Below, in pieces: positions 9,460 through 17,194 of a DNA stretch of 64,000 nucleotides (the stretch's first letter is position 1; the number at the start of each line of letters is the position of its first letter). The DNA comes from Xanthobacteraceae bacterium. GTDB taxonomy: Bacteria; Pseudomonadota; Alphaproteobacteria; Rhizobiales; Xanthobacteraceae. Made by a program: the position numbers and the translations under genes. Under the pieces are notes generated by a model. The model saw only the letters and a list, made by a program, of their open reading frames with translations. It was not told where the DNA came from and did not search any database. The stretch is from positions 139,102 through 203,101 of the forward strand of contig DATMFI010000007.1 in NCBI GenBank assembly GCA_035556215.1, given 5' to 3'.

Positions 9460-9815
9460 ATGAGAAGGACGTGCGCAACGAAAGTGGGGGCTTCTGTTGC
9501 CAGGTGCCCCCGGACCCCGCCTAAAGGTGCAAACCCTTAGGGCTTGAGTTTCGGTATTTCAAACCGCTTACGCGGCCTGAGCAACCGGAGCGTAGTTGTC
9601 GTTGGCAACTATGCATGGCCCGATAACGACGGAACCATCCCGAGCAAAAGCCTCGCCCTTTACGCCCTCGTCGATCCTGGTTCGCCCCCGCCGAAATTCG
9701 ATTCCTTCAATTCATCGAAGCGAATTTTGGTGGAGGCGCCGGGTACTGCCCCCGGGTCCGAATGGTTTATTGCGGCGCGCGTTTATTGCCATAGCTGGCT
9801 TGCGCCAGCGGAACG
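9460..9815 (-). ncRNA. ssrA: tmRNA (ssrA), circularly permuted two-piece form; outer ends approximate
   Basis: On the minus strand the acceptor piece ends ...GGACCCGGGGGCAGUACCCGGCGCCUCCACCA (3' A at 9728). A 38-nt spacer occupies 9690-9727. The coding piece starts GGGGGCGAACCAGGAUCGACGAGGG at 9689. Tag ORF GCC AAC GAC AAC TAC GCT CCG GTT GCT CAG GCC GCG TAA = ANDNYAPVAQAA* at 9568-9606. GGGGGCG pairs with CGCCUCC, including a G3:U pair. Confidence 0.9.
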
Positions 9816-9916
9816 AATATAGGCATTTTCCTTCGGTAAAAAAAGGGCCGACTCAACGGGAGTTCATCATCCGCAAAGGCAGCCGCTTTCACGGTTTCGG
9901 AAATGGTTTCGCCCTC

Positions 9917-11623
9917 GTGCTTTGCGCGCTGGCGGCATTCGGCATGCCTGCGCTCGCGCAGACGAAGACCGTTCCGCCTTCGACAACGCGCCTGAAGGCT
10001 GTAACCGTCACCGCGCAGAACGGCATGGTGGTGACGGACGATGCGATTGCCACGCATATCGGAGCCGAAGTGTTACGGCAGGGCGGCAATGCGGTCGATG
10101 CGGCGGTCGCGGTCGGTTTTGCGCTTGCGGTGACGTTTCCCAATGCCGGCAATCTTGGCGGCGGCGGCTTCATGATGGTGAGGCTCGCGGATGGCCGTAT
10201 TGTCGCCATCGATTATCGTGAGACCGCGCCGTTCGCGATGACAAAGACCGCTTTCCTCAACGCACGCGGCGAAGCTGATCCGAAGAAATCGCGCGAGGAG
10301 GGGCTTGCGGTCGGCGTGCCGGGCACGGTGGCGGGGCTTTCGCTTGCGCTCGAAAAATACGGCTCGGGCAAGTTCACGCTCGCCGATCTCGTGCAGCCTG
10401 CGATCACGCTTGCGCGCGACGGCTTTACGGTGGGCGAGCCGCTTGCCGAGTCGATCGAGCAGTCGCGCGATACGCTGGCGCGGTGGCCTTCGACGAAGCC
10501 GATCTTCTTCGCCGCCGATGGCAGCGCGCCGAAAGCAGGCGATAAATTCGTGCAGAAGGATCTTGCCGAGACGCTCGCAACGATTGCGCGGGAGGGGCCT
10601 CGCGGCTTCTATCACGGCCCGGTGGCCGAGAAGATCGCGCGCGCGGTGAGCGAGGCCGGCGGCGTGATGACGACCGAAGACCTCGCGCAATACGAGGCCG
10701 TGGAGCGAAAGCCGCTGCGCGGCACCTATCACGAGTACGATATCGTTTCGATGCCGCCGCCGTCGTCGGGCGGCGTTCATCTCATCCAGATCCTGAACAT
10801 TCTCGACGGCTTCGATCTTGCGCCGCTCGGACCTGCATCGGGGCAGGCGGCGCATATTCGCGTGGAGGCGATGAAACTCGCTTATGCCGACCGCGCCGAA
10901 TATCTCGGCGATCCGGATTATACCAAAATCCCGGTCGATGGTCTGATCTCGAAAGAATACGCGGGCTCGCTGCGTAAGCAGATCGACCCGGAACGGGCAC
11001 GGGCCTCGAAAGACATCAAGCCTGGCAATCCGGTGCCGTTCGAGAGCGATCACACCACGCATTATTCGATCGTTGACAAGGACGGCAATGCGGTCGCCAA
11101 CACCTATACGCTCAACCTGCGTTACGGCATCGGCCTCGTCGCCGAAGGAACGGGTGTGCTGCTCAACAACGAGCTGGACGATTTCGCCGCCAAGAAGGGC
11201 GCGCCGAACGCCTTCGGTCTCGTCGGCGGCGAAGCGAACGCGCCGGGGCCGGGCAAGCGGCCGCTGTCCTCGATGGCGCCGACCTTCGTGCTGAAGGGCG
11301 GCAAGCTCGTGCTCGTCACCGGCTCGCCCGGCGGCAGCCGCATCATCACCACGGTGGCGAACGTCATCATCAATTTCATCGACTACAAGATGTCGCTTGC
11401 AAACGCCGTTGCGGCACCTCGCATCCATCACCAGTGGATGCCGGACGAGGCTCGGGTCGAACCCGACGTGCCGCCGGATATGGCATGGCTTCTGGAGCGG
11501 CGCGGCAACAAGGTGGTGCCCGGCGGCCCGTGGGGCGCCGCGCACTCGATCCTGATCACCGATAAGAATTTGCAGGGTGTTGCCGACCCGCGTGTCGCGG
11601 GGGCGGCAGCAGAAGGCTATTAG
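9917..11623 (+). CDS. ggt: gamma-glutamyltransferase
   Basis: Signal peptide (LCALAAFGMPALAQ), autoprocessing TTHYSIVD site and GGSRII motif. The stop is firm. The start is uncertain: the track start at 9596 overlaps the tmRNA, and the only canonical in-frame start after the tmRNA is GTG at 9917. Confidence 0.9.
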   Translation: MLCALAAFGMPALAQTKTVPPSTTRLKAVTVTAQNGMVVTDDAIATHIGAEVLRQGGNAVDAAVAVGFALAVTFPNAGNLGGGGFMMVRLADGRIVAIDYRETAPFAMTKTAFLNARGEADPKKSREEGLAVGVPGTVAGLSLALEKYGSGKFTLADLVQPAITLARDGFTVGEPLAESIEQSRDTLARWPSTKPIFFAADGSAPKAGDKFVQKDLAETLATIAREGPRGFYHGPVAEKIARAVSEAGGVMTTEDLAQYEAVERKPLRGTYHEYDIVSMPPPSSGGVHLIQILNILDGFDLAPLGPASGQAAHIRVEAMKLAYADRAEYLGDPDYTKIPVDGLISKEYAGSLRKQIDPERARASKDIKPGNPVPFESDHTTHYSIVDKDGNAVANTYTLNLRYGIGLVAEGTGVLLNNELDDFAAKKGAPNAFGLVGGEANAPGPGKRPLSSMAPTFVLKGGKLVLVTGSPGGSRIITTVANVIINFIDYKMSLANAVAAPRIHHQWMPDEARVEPDVPPDMAWLLERRGNKVVPGGPWGAAHSILITDKNLQGVADPRVAGAAAEGY

Positions 11624-11838
11624 GCGGCTTCGTAAACCGAAGCGGCGAGTTGCGTTGTCCCGGCGCCGCGATTTTCGGCGCGGCCGTCGAGCCAATCTTC
11701 ATTTTCCGCGAGCGCATAAAACGAACTCGCAAGGCGCATTTGTATCTCGCGAAACTCGTGCTCTTCGGTCGCGAGTTCGGCCTGCCGTTCGCATTCGGCG
11801 GCCATGATCCGGAAGCGCTCGGCTTTCGTTTTCGGCAT
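11620..11838 (-). CDS. 72-aa hypothetical protein
   Basis: Internal ATG at 11838 preceded by a GGAG SD. Helical, acidic sequence MPKTKAERFRIMAAECERQAELATEEHEF... Confidence 0.5.
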   Translation of the reverse strand: MPKTKAERFRIMAAECERQAELATEEHEFREIQMRLASSFYALAENEDWLDGRAENRGAGTTQLAASVYEAA

Positions 11839-12049
11839 GACACTGCTCCGTATTCTTTCTGAGCGTCGACGCCGTCCGGATAGCCATCGCTCATGACGAG
11901 CGTATGACCTCATCCGGCCCCGTGCGATTCACCTTGTTGATGCTTTGCGTCATGAAGGTGGCCCGCAGCGCGACACAGCGACGCAAGCGGCCTGTGGGGC
12001 AAATTAAAATCGCGTAAGGCGGTCAACAAATCCGCGTAAGGAACGCGTA

Positions 12050-12130
12050 ATGAAAAACTTCGTGATGCGGGAGCAGACTTGGATACGGGAGCAGGCTTGG
12101 ATGCGGGAGCAGAGTTGGATGATGCAATGA
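12050..12130 (+). CDS. 26-aa micro-ORF MKNFVMREQTWIREQAWMREQSWMMQ spanning an 18-bp tandem repeat
   Basis: ATG at 12050 preceded by AAGGAA with a 6-nt spacer. The repeat period is in frame (6 aa). TGA at 12128-12130. Confidence 0.3.
   Translation: MKNFVMREQTWIREQAWMREQSWMMQ
12063..12125. repeat. tandem repeat, about 3.5 copies of an 18-bp unit
   Basis: tgatgcgggagcagactt / ggatacgggagcaggctt / ggatgcgggagcagagtt / ggatgatgc. Confidence 0.9.
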
Positions 12131-12186
12131 AGGAACCGTGACCGCTTTACGGCATTTTACTTGTCTCATCGTTTGGAGATTCAGAT

Positions 12187-12405
12187 ATGGCTCGTCGATA
12201 TTCCAAATCAGCTGGCAAGGAAGTCGAGCGCGAGATGCGGCGCTACAAGAAGGGGAAGGCGAAAAGCGGCAAGGGAGGCAAAGGCGGCAAGGTAAAAAGC
12301 CGCAAGCAGGCGATCGCCATCGGGCTTTCGAAGGCGCGCAAGAAAGGCAAGAAAGTGCCGAAAAAGCGCAAAAAATCGCGCAGGAAATCGCGCCGGAAAT
12401 CATGA
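12187..12405 (+). CDS. lysine-rich small basic protein (resembles DUF6496 family)
   Basis: 72 aa. GGAGA SD. The conserved-looking core SRKQAIAIGLSKARKKG is followed by a K/R tail. Confidence 0.65.
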   Translation: MARRYSKSAGKEVEREMRRYKKGKAKSGKGGKGGKVKSRKQAIAIGLSKARKKGKKVPKKRKKSRRKSRRKS

Positions 12406-12534
12406 AAGAAATAGCCGGCGCCATCCGCCCGCCCAGCTTTCTTTAACGCCCGGTTTTGGCTAGTAATTGCCCACCGGGCGGCGCCCGGAAAAAAGCAAAA
12501 TCGCCGTGCTTGATGGGCGGATGGGAGAGTTCGC

Positions 12535-12768
12535 ATGAGGATTTTGTTTGCGGGAGCGGCTTACCTGCTGCTGACGGCGGCGGCTTTTGCGCAGGCAAAC
12601 GCTACGATCGATCCGGAAATGTTGCCGGAAAACCGCGCGATCGATCAGCGGTATCGCAACACATTGCAGCGGTTGCCCGACGGCCAGGAAAGCAACGACC
12701 CCTGGCGCAAATTCCGCGCGGTCGAGACCGAAAGCAAGCCGAAACCGGCCGGCAAGAAATCGAATTGA
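12535..12768 (+). CDS. small secreted hypothetical protein
   Basis: 77 aa with signal peptide MRILFAGAAYLLLTAAAFAQA. GGGAGAG SD. Confidence 0.55.
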   Translation: MRILFAGAAYLLLTAAAFAQANATIDPEMLPENRAIDQRYRNTLQRLPDGQESNDPWRKFRAVETESKPKPAGKKSN

Positions 12769-12769
12769 C

Positions 12770-13066
12770 CTAGCCGCCCGGTTCGAAGCCCGCTTCGTCG
12801 TAGCAACTCTGGTGCGCCGGCGGGAACATACGTTCCCATTCGTAAAGACGGCGAAAGTCGGCGGTATCAACGACTTCGCTCATGCACTGGCAATAGATAC
12901 GGCGGGCGCCAGGCCGATCCTTGCCGCTATTGAGTGAGTTGACACAGAACTCGACCCATTTCGCTTTTTCTTGCGGCGAGCCGTCGTAATCCGCGACGGC
13001 TGCGGTACCCGAGATGAACATGAACAAGGCGGCAAATGGTAAGTAAAATCGAATCGAAAGCGGCAT
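12770..13066 (-). CDS. secreted Cys-containing hypothetical protein
   Basis: Internal ATG at 13066 with a GGAG SD. Signal peptide MPLSIRFYLPFAALFMFISGTAAVA. 98 aa. Confidence 0.5.
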   Translation of the reverse strand: MPLSIRFYLPFAALFMFISGTAAVADYDGSPQEKAKWVEFCVNSLNSGKDRPGARRIYCQCMSEVVDTADFRRLYEWERMFPPAHQSCYDEAGFEPGG

Positions 13067-13223
13067 CGGCAAGCTCCGTTTGGGCGGTGCTGTGTCGCGC
13101 AAGCCAGGTTCGCCGGATGTGACGGCCGGCACATTCGCGCCGTCTTGTTCATGGCAAGCCGTCGCTCGCTATACAAAGCACGGGGCCTGCCGGATACTGG
13201 CCACGCAACAGGGGAGTTCCTCG

Positions 13224-13415
13224 ATGGCTGAACAGCAGCAGTACGACGATAACGTAGTGAAATTCTCGGTCGAAAACGGCCAGCAGCCTGGCACCTACGA
13301 GCTTTACATCAAGACCAAGAGCGAAGAGTTCGATTTCCAGATCAACGCCGAAATGCTCCAGCAGCTCGGCGACGCGATCTACGCGGCGATCGACAAGAAC
13401 GAAGGCAAACAGTGA
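13224..13415 (+). CDS. 63-aa acidic hypothetical protein
   Basis: ATG at 13224 after a GGGGAG SD. First gene of an apparent 3-gene unit. Confidence 0.55.
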   Translation: MAEQQQYDDNVVKFSVENGQQPGTYELYIKTKSEEFDFQINAEMLQQLGDAIYAAIDKNEGKQ

Positions 13416-13429
13416 CGCCGGAGGCGCCG

Positions 13430-13804
13430 ATGCTGCTTGCGCGGATCGTCGCGGGACTGGCCGGCGCCTTCTTCGCCTATTGGTCGCTGATTTATTTCGG
13501 CGTCGTTTTCCAGCACTTCGACGTGATCGCGCTCGGCGCCGGCGCGGTGGCCGGGCTGATCGCGGCCTTTCTCGGGTGGTTCGTGCTGTTCGCCGACAAT
13601 CCGCAAGAGCGCTCGCGCATGGTGTGGACGCTCGTGATCGGAGCCGGAATTGGGCTCGCCTGTTTTCTCGCCGGCTTCGCCGGCCCGATTGTCTTCACGC
13701 CGGACGCCAACCAGGGGCCGCTCCTCGGCATCTTCATTACCGGGCCGCTCGGCTTCCTCGCAGGCTGTGTCGCGGGCTTTGCTTGGACCCGGCTGAAAAT
13801 GTGA
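13430..13804 (+). CDS. small integral membrane protein (about 4 TM)
   Basis: ATG at 13430 preceded by GGAGG. An alternative GTG at 13412 overlaps the upstream stop (GTGA). Gly/Ala/Phe-rich TM helices. Confidence 0.6.
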   Translation: MLLARIVAGLAGAFFAYWSLIYFGVVFQHFDVIALGAGAVAGLIAAFLGWFVLFADNPQERSRMVWTLVIGAGIGLACFLAGFAGPIVFTPDANQGPLLGIFITGPLGFLAGCVAGFAWTRLKM

Positions 13805-13866
13805 CGGCCGTCATAACGGCTTTCGCCATGCCATGCTGGATAGCCGCATGGATATGGAGATTGCAC

Positions 13867-14220
13867 ATGATGGCTTTCGGGAATCAGTCGATCACGTTTC
13901 TGCACTACATGGCCTATTTTCTGGCGGGTGCGCTGCTCGCCAACGGCGTGCCGCATTTCGTCAAAGGCATTTGCGGCGAGAAGTTCGAGACGCCAATTGC
14001 GCTCTGGCGCGGTGAGAAACAGTCGGCGCCCTGGATAAACGTGGCCTGGGGCTGGGTGAATTTTGCGATCGGCGCCGCGCTATTGCACTATTTCACGCCG
14101 GTGCGGATTCCCGCGCCGATCGAGCCTTGCATCACAGCGAGTCTCGGCGCGCTGGCGAGCGCGGTTTATCTGGCGCAGAAGTTTGGGAAGCCGGTCAAGA
14201 CGAAGCGCTCTCGCAAATGA
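13867..14220 (+). CDS. small integral membrane protein
   Basis: ATG at 13867 after a GGAGA SD. 117 aa with hydrophobic segments (FLHYMAYFLAGALLANGV, WVNFAIGAALLHYF) and a basic C-terminus. Confidence 0.55.
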   Translation: MMAFGNQSITFLHYMAYFLAGALLANGVPHFVKGICGEKFETPIALWRGEKQSAPWINVAWGWVNFAIGAALLHYFTPVRIPAPIEPCITASLGALASAVYLAQKFGKPVKTKRSRK

Positions 14221-14249
14221 AAAAGGCGGCGTTTGCTCGCCGCCTTTTT
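14221..14249. terminator. bidirectional rho-independent terminator
   Basis: aaaa-GGCGGCG-tttgct-CGCCGCC-ttttt, between convergent genes. Confidence 0.8.
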
Positions 14250-14272
14250 CTTTCTTTACGCCGCGCTGCGGA

Positions 14273-15184
14273 TCAGCGTTGCTTGATAAACGTCCCGTCC
14301 TGCAACTCCTGCACTGCCTGCACGAGTTGCTCGCGGGTGTTCATCACGATCGGGCCATACCAGGCGACGGGCTCCTCGATCGGCTTGCCCGACACGAGAA
14401 GGAAGCGCACGCCCTGATCGCCGGCCTGCACGGTGACTTCGTCGCCGCGGTCGAACACGACGAGCGAGCGATCGCCGGCATCCTCACGGACGAGGATTTC
14501 CTCGCCGTTCGGGCCTTCCTCCTCACGCAGCACGCCGAACGGATTCGACGCGTAGCCGAAAGTGCCGCTGCCGGCGAAGACATAAGCGAAGGCGTGACGA
14601 TCGACCTCAACCTTCAGCGTCTTCTTCTTGCCGGGCGCGACCGAAACGTCGAGATAGCGCGGATCGGCCGCAACACCTTCGACCGGGCCTTTCTTGCCCC
14701 AGAAATCGCCGGTGATGACGCGCACTTTCGTGCCGTCGTCGTCGGTCACTTCGGGGATCGCCGAGGAGGGGATGTCCTGATAGCGCGGCGCCGTCATCTT
14801 GAGATGCGAAGGCAAATTCGCCCAAAGCTGAAAGCCATGCATCTGGCCCCTGGCATCACCTTTCGGCATCTCCTGATGCATGATGCCGCTGCCTGCGGTC
14901 ATCCACTGCACGTCGCCGGCGCCGAGCGCGCCGCGATTGCCGAGGCTGTCGCCGTGGTCGACGGTGCCCGCGAGAACATACGTGATCGTCTCGATTCCGC
15001 GATGCGGGTGCCAGGGAAAGCCGGCTTTATAATCCTCGGGATTATCGTTGCGAAAATCGTCGAACAGCAAAAACGGATCGAACTGCTCGGTTTTCCCGAA
15101 TCCGAAACCGCGCTGCAGCTTGACGCCCGCGCCCTCGATCGTGGGTTGCGGTTTGATGATTTCCTTTACCGGGCGAAGGGACAT
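14273..15184 (-). CDS. pirin family protein
   Basis: 303 aa. PWHPHRGIETITYVLAG cupin metal motif. Bicupin length. Confidence 0.9.
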   Translation of the reverse strand: MSLRPVKEIIKPQPTIEGAGVKLQRGFGFGKTEQFDPFLLFDDFRNDNPEDYKAGFPWHPHRGIETITYVLAGTVDHGDSLGNRGALGAGDVQWMTAGSGIMHQEMPKGDARGQMHGFQLWANLPSHLKMTAPRYQDIPSSAIPEVTDDDGTKVRVITGDFWGKKGPVEGVAADPRYLDVSVAPGKKKTLKVEVDRHAFAYVFAGSGTFGYASNPFGVLREEEGPNGEEILVREDAGDRSLVVFDRGDEVTVQAGDQGVRFLLVSGKPIEEPVAWYGPIVMNTREQLVQAVQELQDGTFIKQR

Positions 15185-15351
15185 GGCATCGATCCTCAGG
15201 CGAGGGGCCGCTGGTTAGGTTTCAGAATGTGGCTTTGCGTTTTCGGAGATTGCGCCGCTCGCATGGCCTATGTGGGCCTGCGGAGCCGCTGATGCAATGA
15301 AGCGGACGCATGGAGGCCATGCGTCCGCTTCAGGCCGGGAGAATAGGCAGG

Positions 15352-15756
15352 TCAGGCCGGCTCCGGTTGTTCGGCCGGCTCCTTTACTTCAAGCACGGTA
15401 AGCGTGCGCCATTCGCCGGCAGGGTTCTGCCAGTCGATGGTCTGGCCTTTCGAGAGGCCAATGAGCGCGGCGCCGATGGGCGTCAGCACCGAGACACGCC
15501 TTGCGGCAATGTCGGCGCGGTCGGGGTAAGTGAGCGTGACTTCGCGCACTTGCCCTGACGAATCGTCGCGGAACGACACGGTCGAGCCCATGCGGACGAA
15601 ATTACCGCCATTTGCGCTCTCGAGCACGCGCGCGCGTTCGATCTCGCGCGCGAGGTAACCCGCGGTCTGCGGGTGACGGTCGAGGCCCGCCTGCGCCAGC
15701 GCCTCCAGGCGCTCGCGGTCGGCCGGAATGAGGGTGATCGGCGGAAGTTGTTTCAT
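15352..15756 (-). CDS. rnk: nucleoside diphosphate kinase regulator (Rnk; GreA/GreB C-terminal-domain family)
   Basis: 134 aa. VSVLTPIGAALIGLSKGQTIDW matches the Gre-factor C-terminal domain signature. Confidence 0.8.
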   Translation of the reverse strand: MKQLPPITLIPADRERLEALAQAGLDRHPQTAGYLAREIERARVLESANGGNFVRMGSTVSFRDDSSGQVREVTLTYPDRADIAARRVSVLTPIGAALIGLSKGQTIDWQNPAGEWRTLTVLEVKEPAEQPEPA

Positions 15757-15769
15757 TTCATTTCTCCGT

Positions 15770-16219
15770 TCAGGCGGCTTGCGGGCCGGGATCCGGCGGA
15801 TCTTGCGGGCCAGCGCCGGCTGTAAAATTTGGTCTCAAGGGTTCGACGTCCATGATGGTGACGAAATGCAGCGCGCCGAAAATGTCGCGGTACGGCATGC
15901 GATCGCCCTTGCGCAGACCCAGCATGGCCGCACCGACAGGCGAGAGCACCGACACTTCAAACTCGCTGTTCGAATAGTGATCGGGCAGCACGAACAGCCG
16001 CCGCCGCGTCGGGCCGAAATCGATGCGAAAACTCACCTGCTTGTTCAGCCCCACCGTTTCCTCGACGAGCGCATGATCGAAAACCTGGGCGCGCCGGATT
16101 TCCGCAAGCAGGAACGGCGCGGTCGGGTGTCCATCGCGCTCGGCTGTGCGGGCAATCTCTTTCAGGCGCCGGTGATCCTGACGCTCGATCTGCACCATGG
16201 GAAATGATGAACGGGACAT
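15770..16219 (-). CDS. second Rnk/GreA-GreB C-terminal-domain paralogue
   Basis: 149 aa. VSVLSPVGAAMLGLRKGDRMPY. 13-nt gap to the downstream rnk. Confidence 0.7.
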   Translation of the reverse strand: MSRSSFPMVQIERQDHRRLKEIARTAERDGHPTAPFLLAEIRRAQVFDHALVEETVGLNKQVSFRIDFGPTRRRLFVLPDHYSNSEFEVSVLSPVGAAMLGLRKGDRMPYRDIFGALHFVTIMDVEPLRPNFTAGAGPQDPPDPGPQAA

Positions 16220-16671
16220 GGTTCCTCGCGGAATCCTTCCTGCTTACGTTGCGAAATGTGAAATGGAGGATGAACGAAATCGTTCCGGACGGCGCGCAGC
16301 CGGCCGGTCAACCGCCTGCGTGCAGGCGGCCCGCGCGAATGGAAATGCGGTCAGCGTTCAGAACCATCATTTAAAGCTAGTGCGGTTACGCGCGGAGTCA
16401 AGATGACGAAGGACTATCCTCGACGCCGGTTTCCCGTTCGGGTTTTCGCTTTTCCCTTTACCGCGCATTTGCTCTGCAGCCCGGTTGCAACGCATGCCAA
16501 TAGGGCTTTCCGGCTGCAACGCGGCAGGAATTCCTTGGGATTGGGGCTGGATCTCCGCCCGGTTGCCACATTTGCCAAATTTTCGACATGGAACCAGCCG
16601 TCTATACGGCGGTTTTATGCAGGCAACACCGGCATTCGCCATTGATGGGTTTCACAAAGGAGAGGGTTCTC

Positions 16672-17118
16672 ATGAAGTTTTCATCCCGTATTCGCACTTC
16701 GCTGTTCGCGCTTGCCGCAGTTGCGGGCGCCGGTTTTGCGACGGTGCCGGCAGCCCATGCTGACACCTGCAACATCCGTTTCAGCGTGTTCAAGGCGGGC
16801 TGGTTCATCGGCGGTTCGGGCGGCAGCGGCACCATGTCCTGCCGCGGCCGCAGCTACCCGATCACCATCGGCGGCATCTCCGCCGGCCTCGTGTTCGGTG
16901 GCTCGCAGACCTGGTTCCGCGGCACGGTGTCGAACGTCTATCGTCCGTCGGATGTCGCGGGCGTTTACGGCGCAGCCGGTGCGGGCGGCGCGTTCGGCCC
17001 CGGCGCGCAGGTGATCGTGCTCCGCAACGAGAAGGGCGCAACGCTGCGTCTCTCGGGCAGGCAGGTCGGCGCGCAGATCAACGCCGATCTCTCCGGCATG
17101 GCGATCTCGCTGCGTTAA
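16672..17118 (+). CDS. secreted Gly-rich protein (resembles DUF992)
   Basis: ATG at 16672 after an AAAGGAGAGG SD. Signal peptide ...VPAAHA. 148 aa with two Cys. Confidence 0.6.
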   Translation: MKFSSRIRTSLFALAAVAGAGFATVPAAHADTCNIRFSVFKAGWFIGGSGGSGTMSCRGRSYPITIGGISAGLVFGGSQTWFRGTVSNVYRPSDVAGVYGAAGAGGAFGPGAQVIVLRNEKGATLRLSGRQVGAQINADLSGMAISLR

Positions 17119-17141
17119 CGCGCGCAATATTCAAATCGAAA

Positions 17142-17170
17142 AGCGGGAGGCGAAAGCTTCCCGCTTTTTT
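17142..17170 (+). terminator. rho-independent terminator
   Basis: AGCGGGA-ggcgaaagct-TCCCGCT followed by tttttt. Confidence 0.85.
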
Positions 17171-17194
17171 ATTGCGGCCGTGCGGAGCCAAGGC

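Noticed and set aside
9596-9916. 5' part of the 675-aa ORF called as the start of ggt
   Set aside because: It runs antisense across the tmRNA gene and encodes no GGT-like sequence. GGT homology and the signal peptide begin only after about 9900.
12063-12125. Possible CRISPR array
   Set aside because: The repeats are directly adjacent 18-bp units with no spacers, and there are no cas genes in the window.
12023-12424. 133-aa minus-strand ORF
   Set aside because: It is antisense to the well-supported lysine-rich DUF6496-like gene and extended through the tandem repeat. The product is a Cys/Ser/Pro-rich low-complexity sequence.
16559-16580. Sigma-54 (-24/-12) promoter on the minus strand (TGGCAAATGTGGCAA)
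   Set aside because: The GG to GC spacing is 10 nt rather than the 12-nt offset of the TGGCAC-N5-TTGC consensus.
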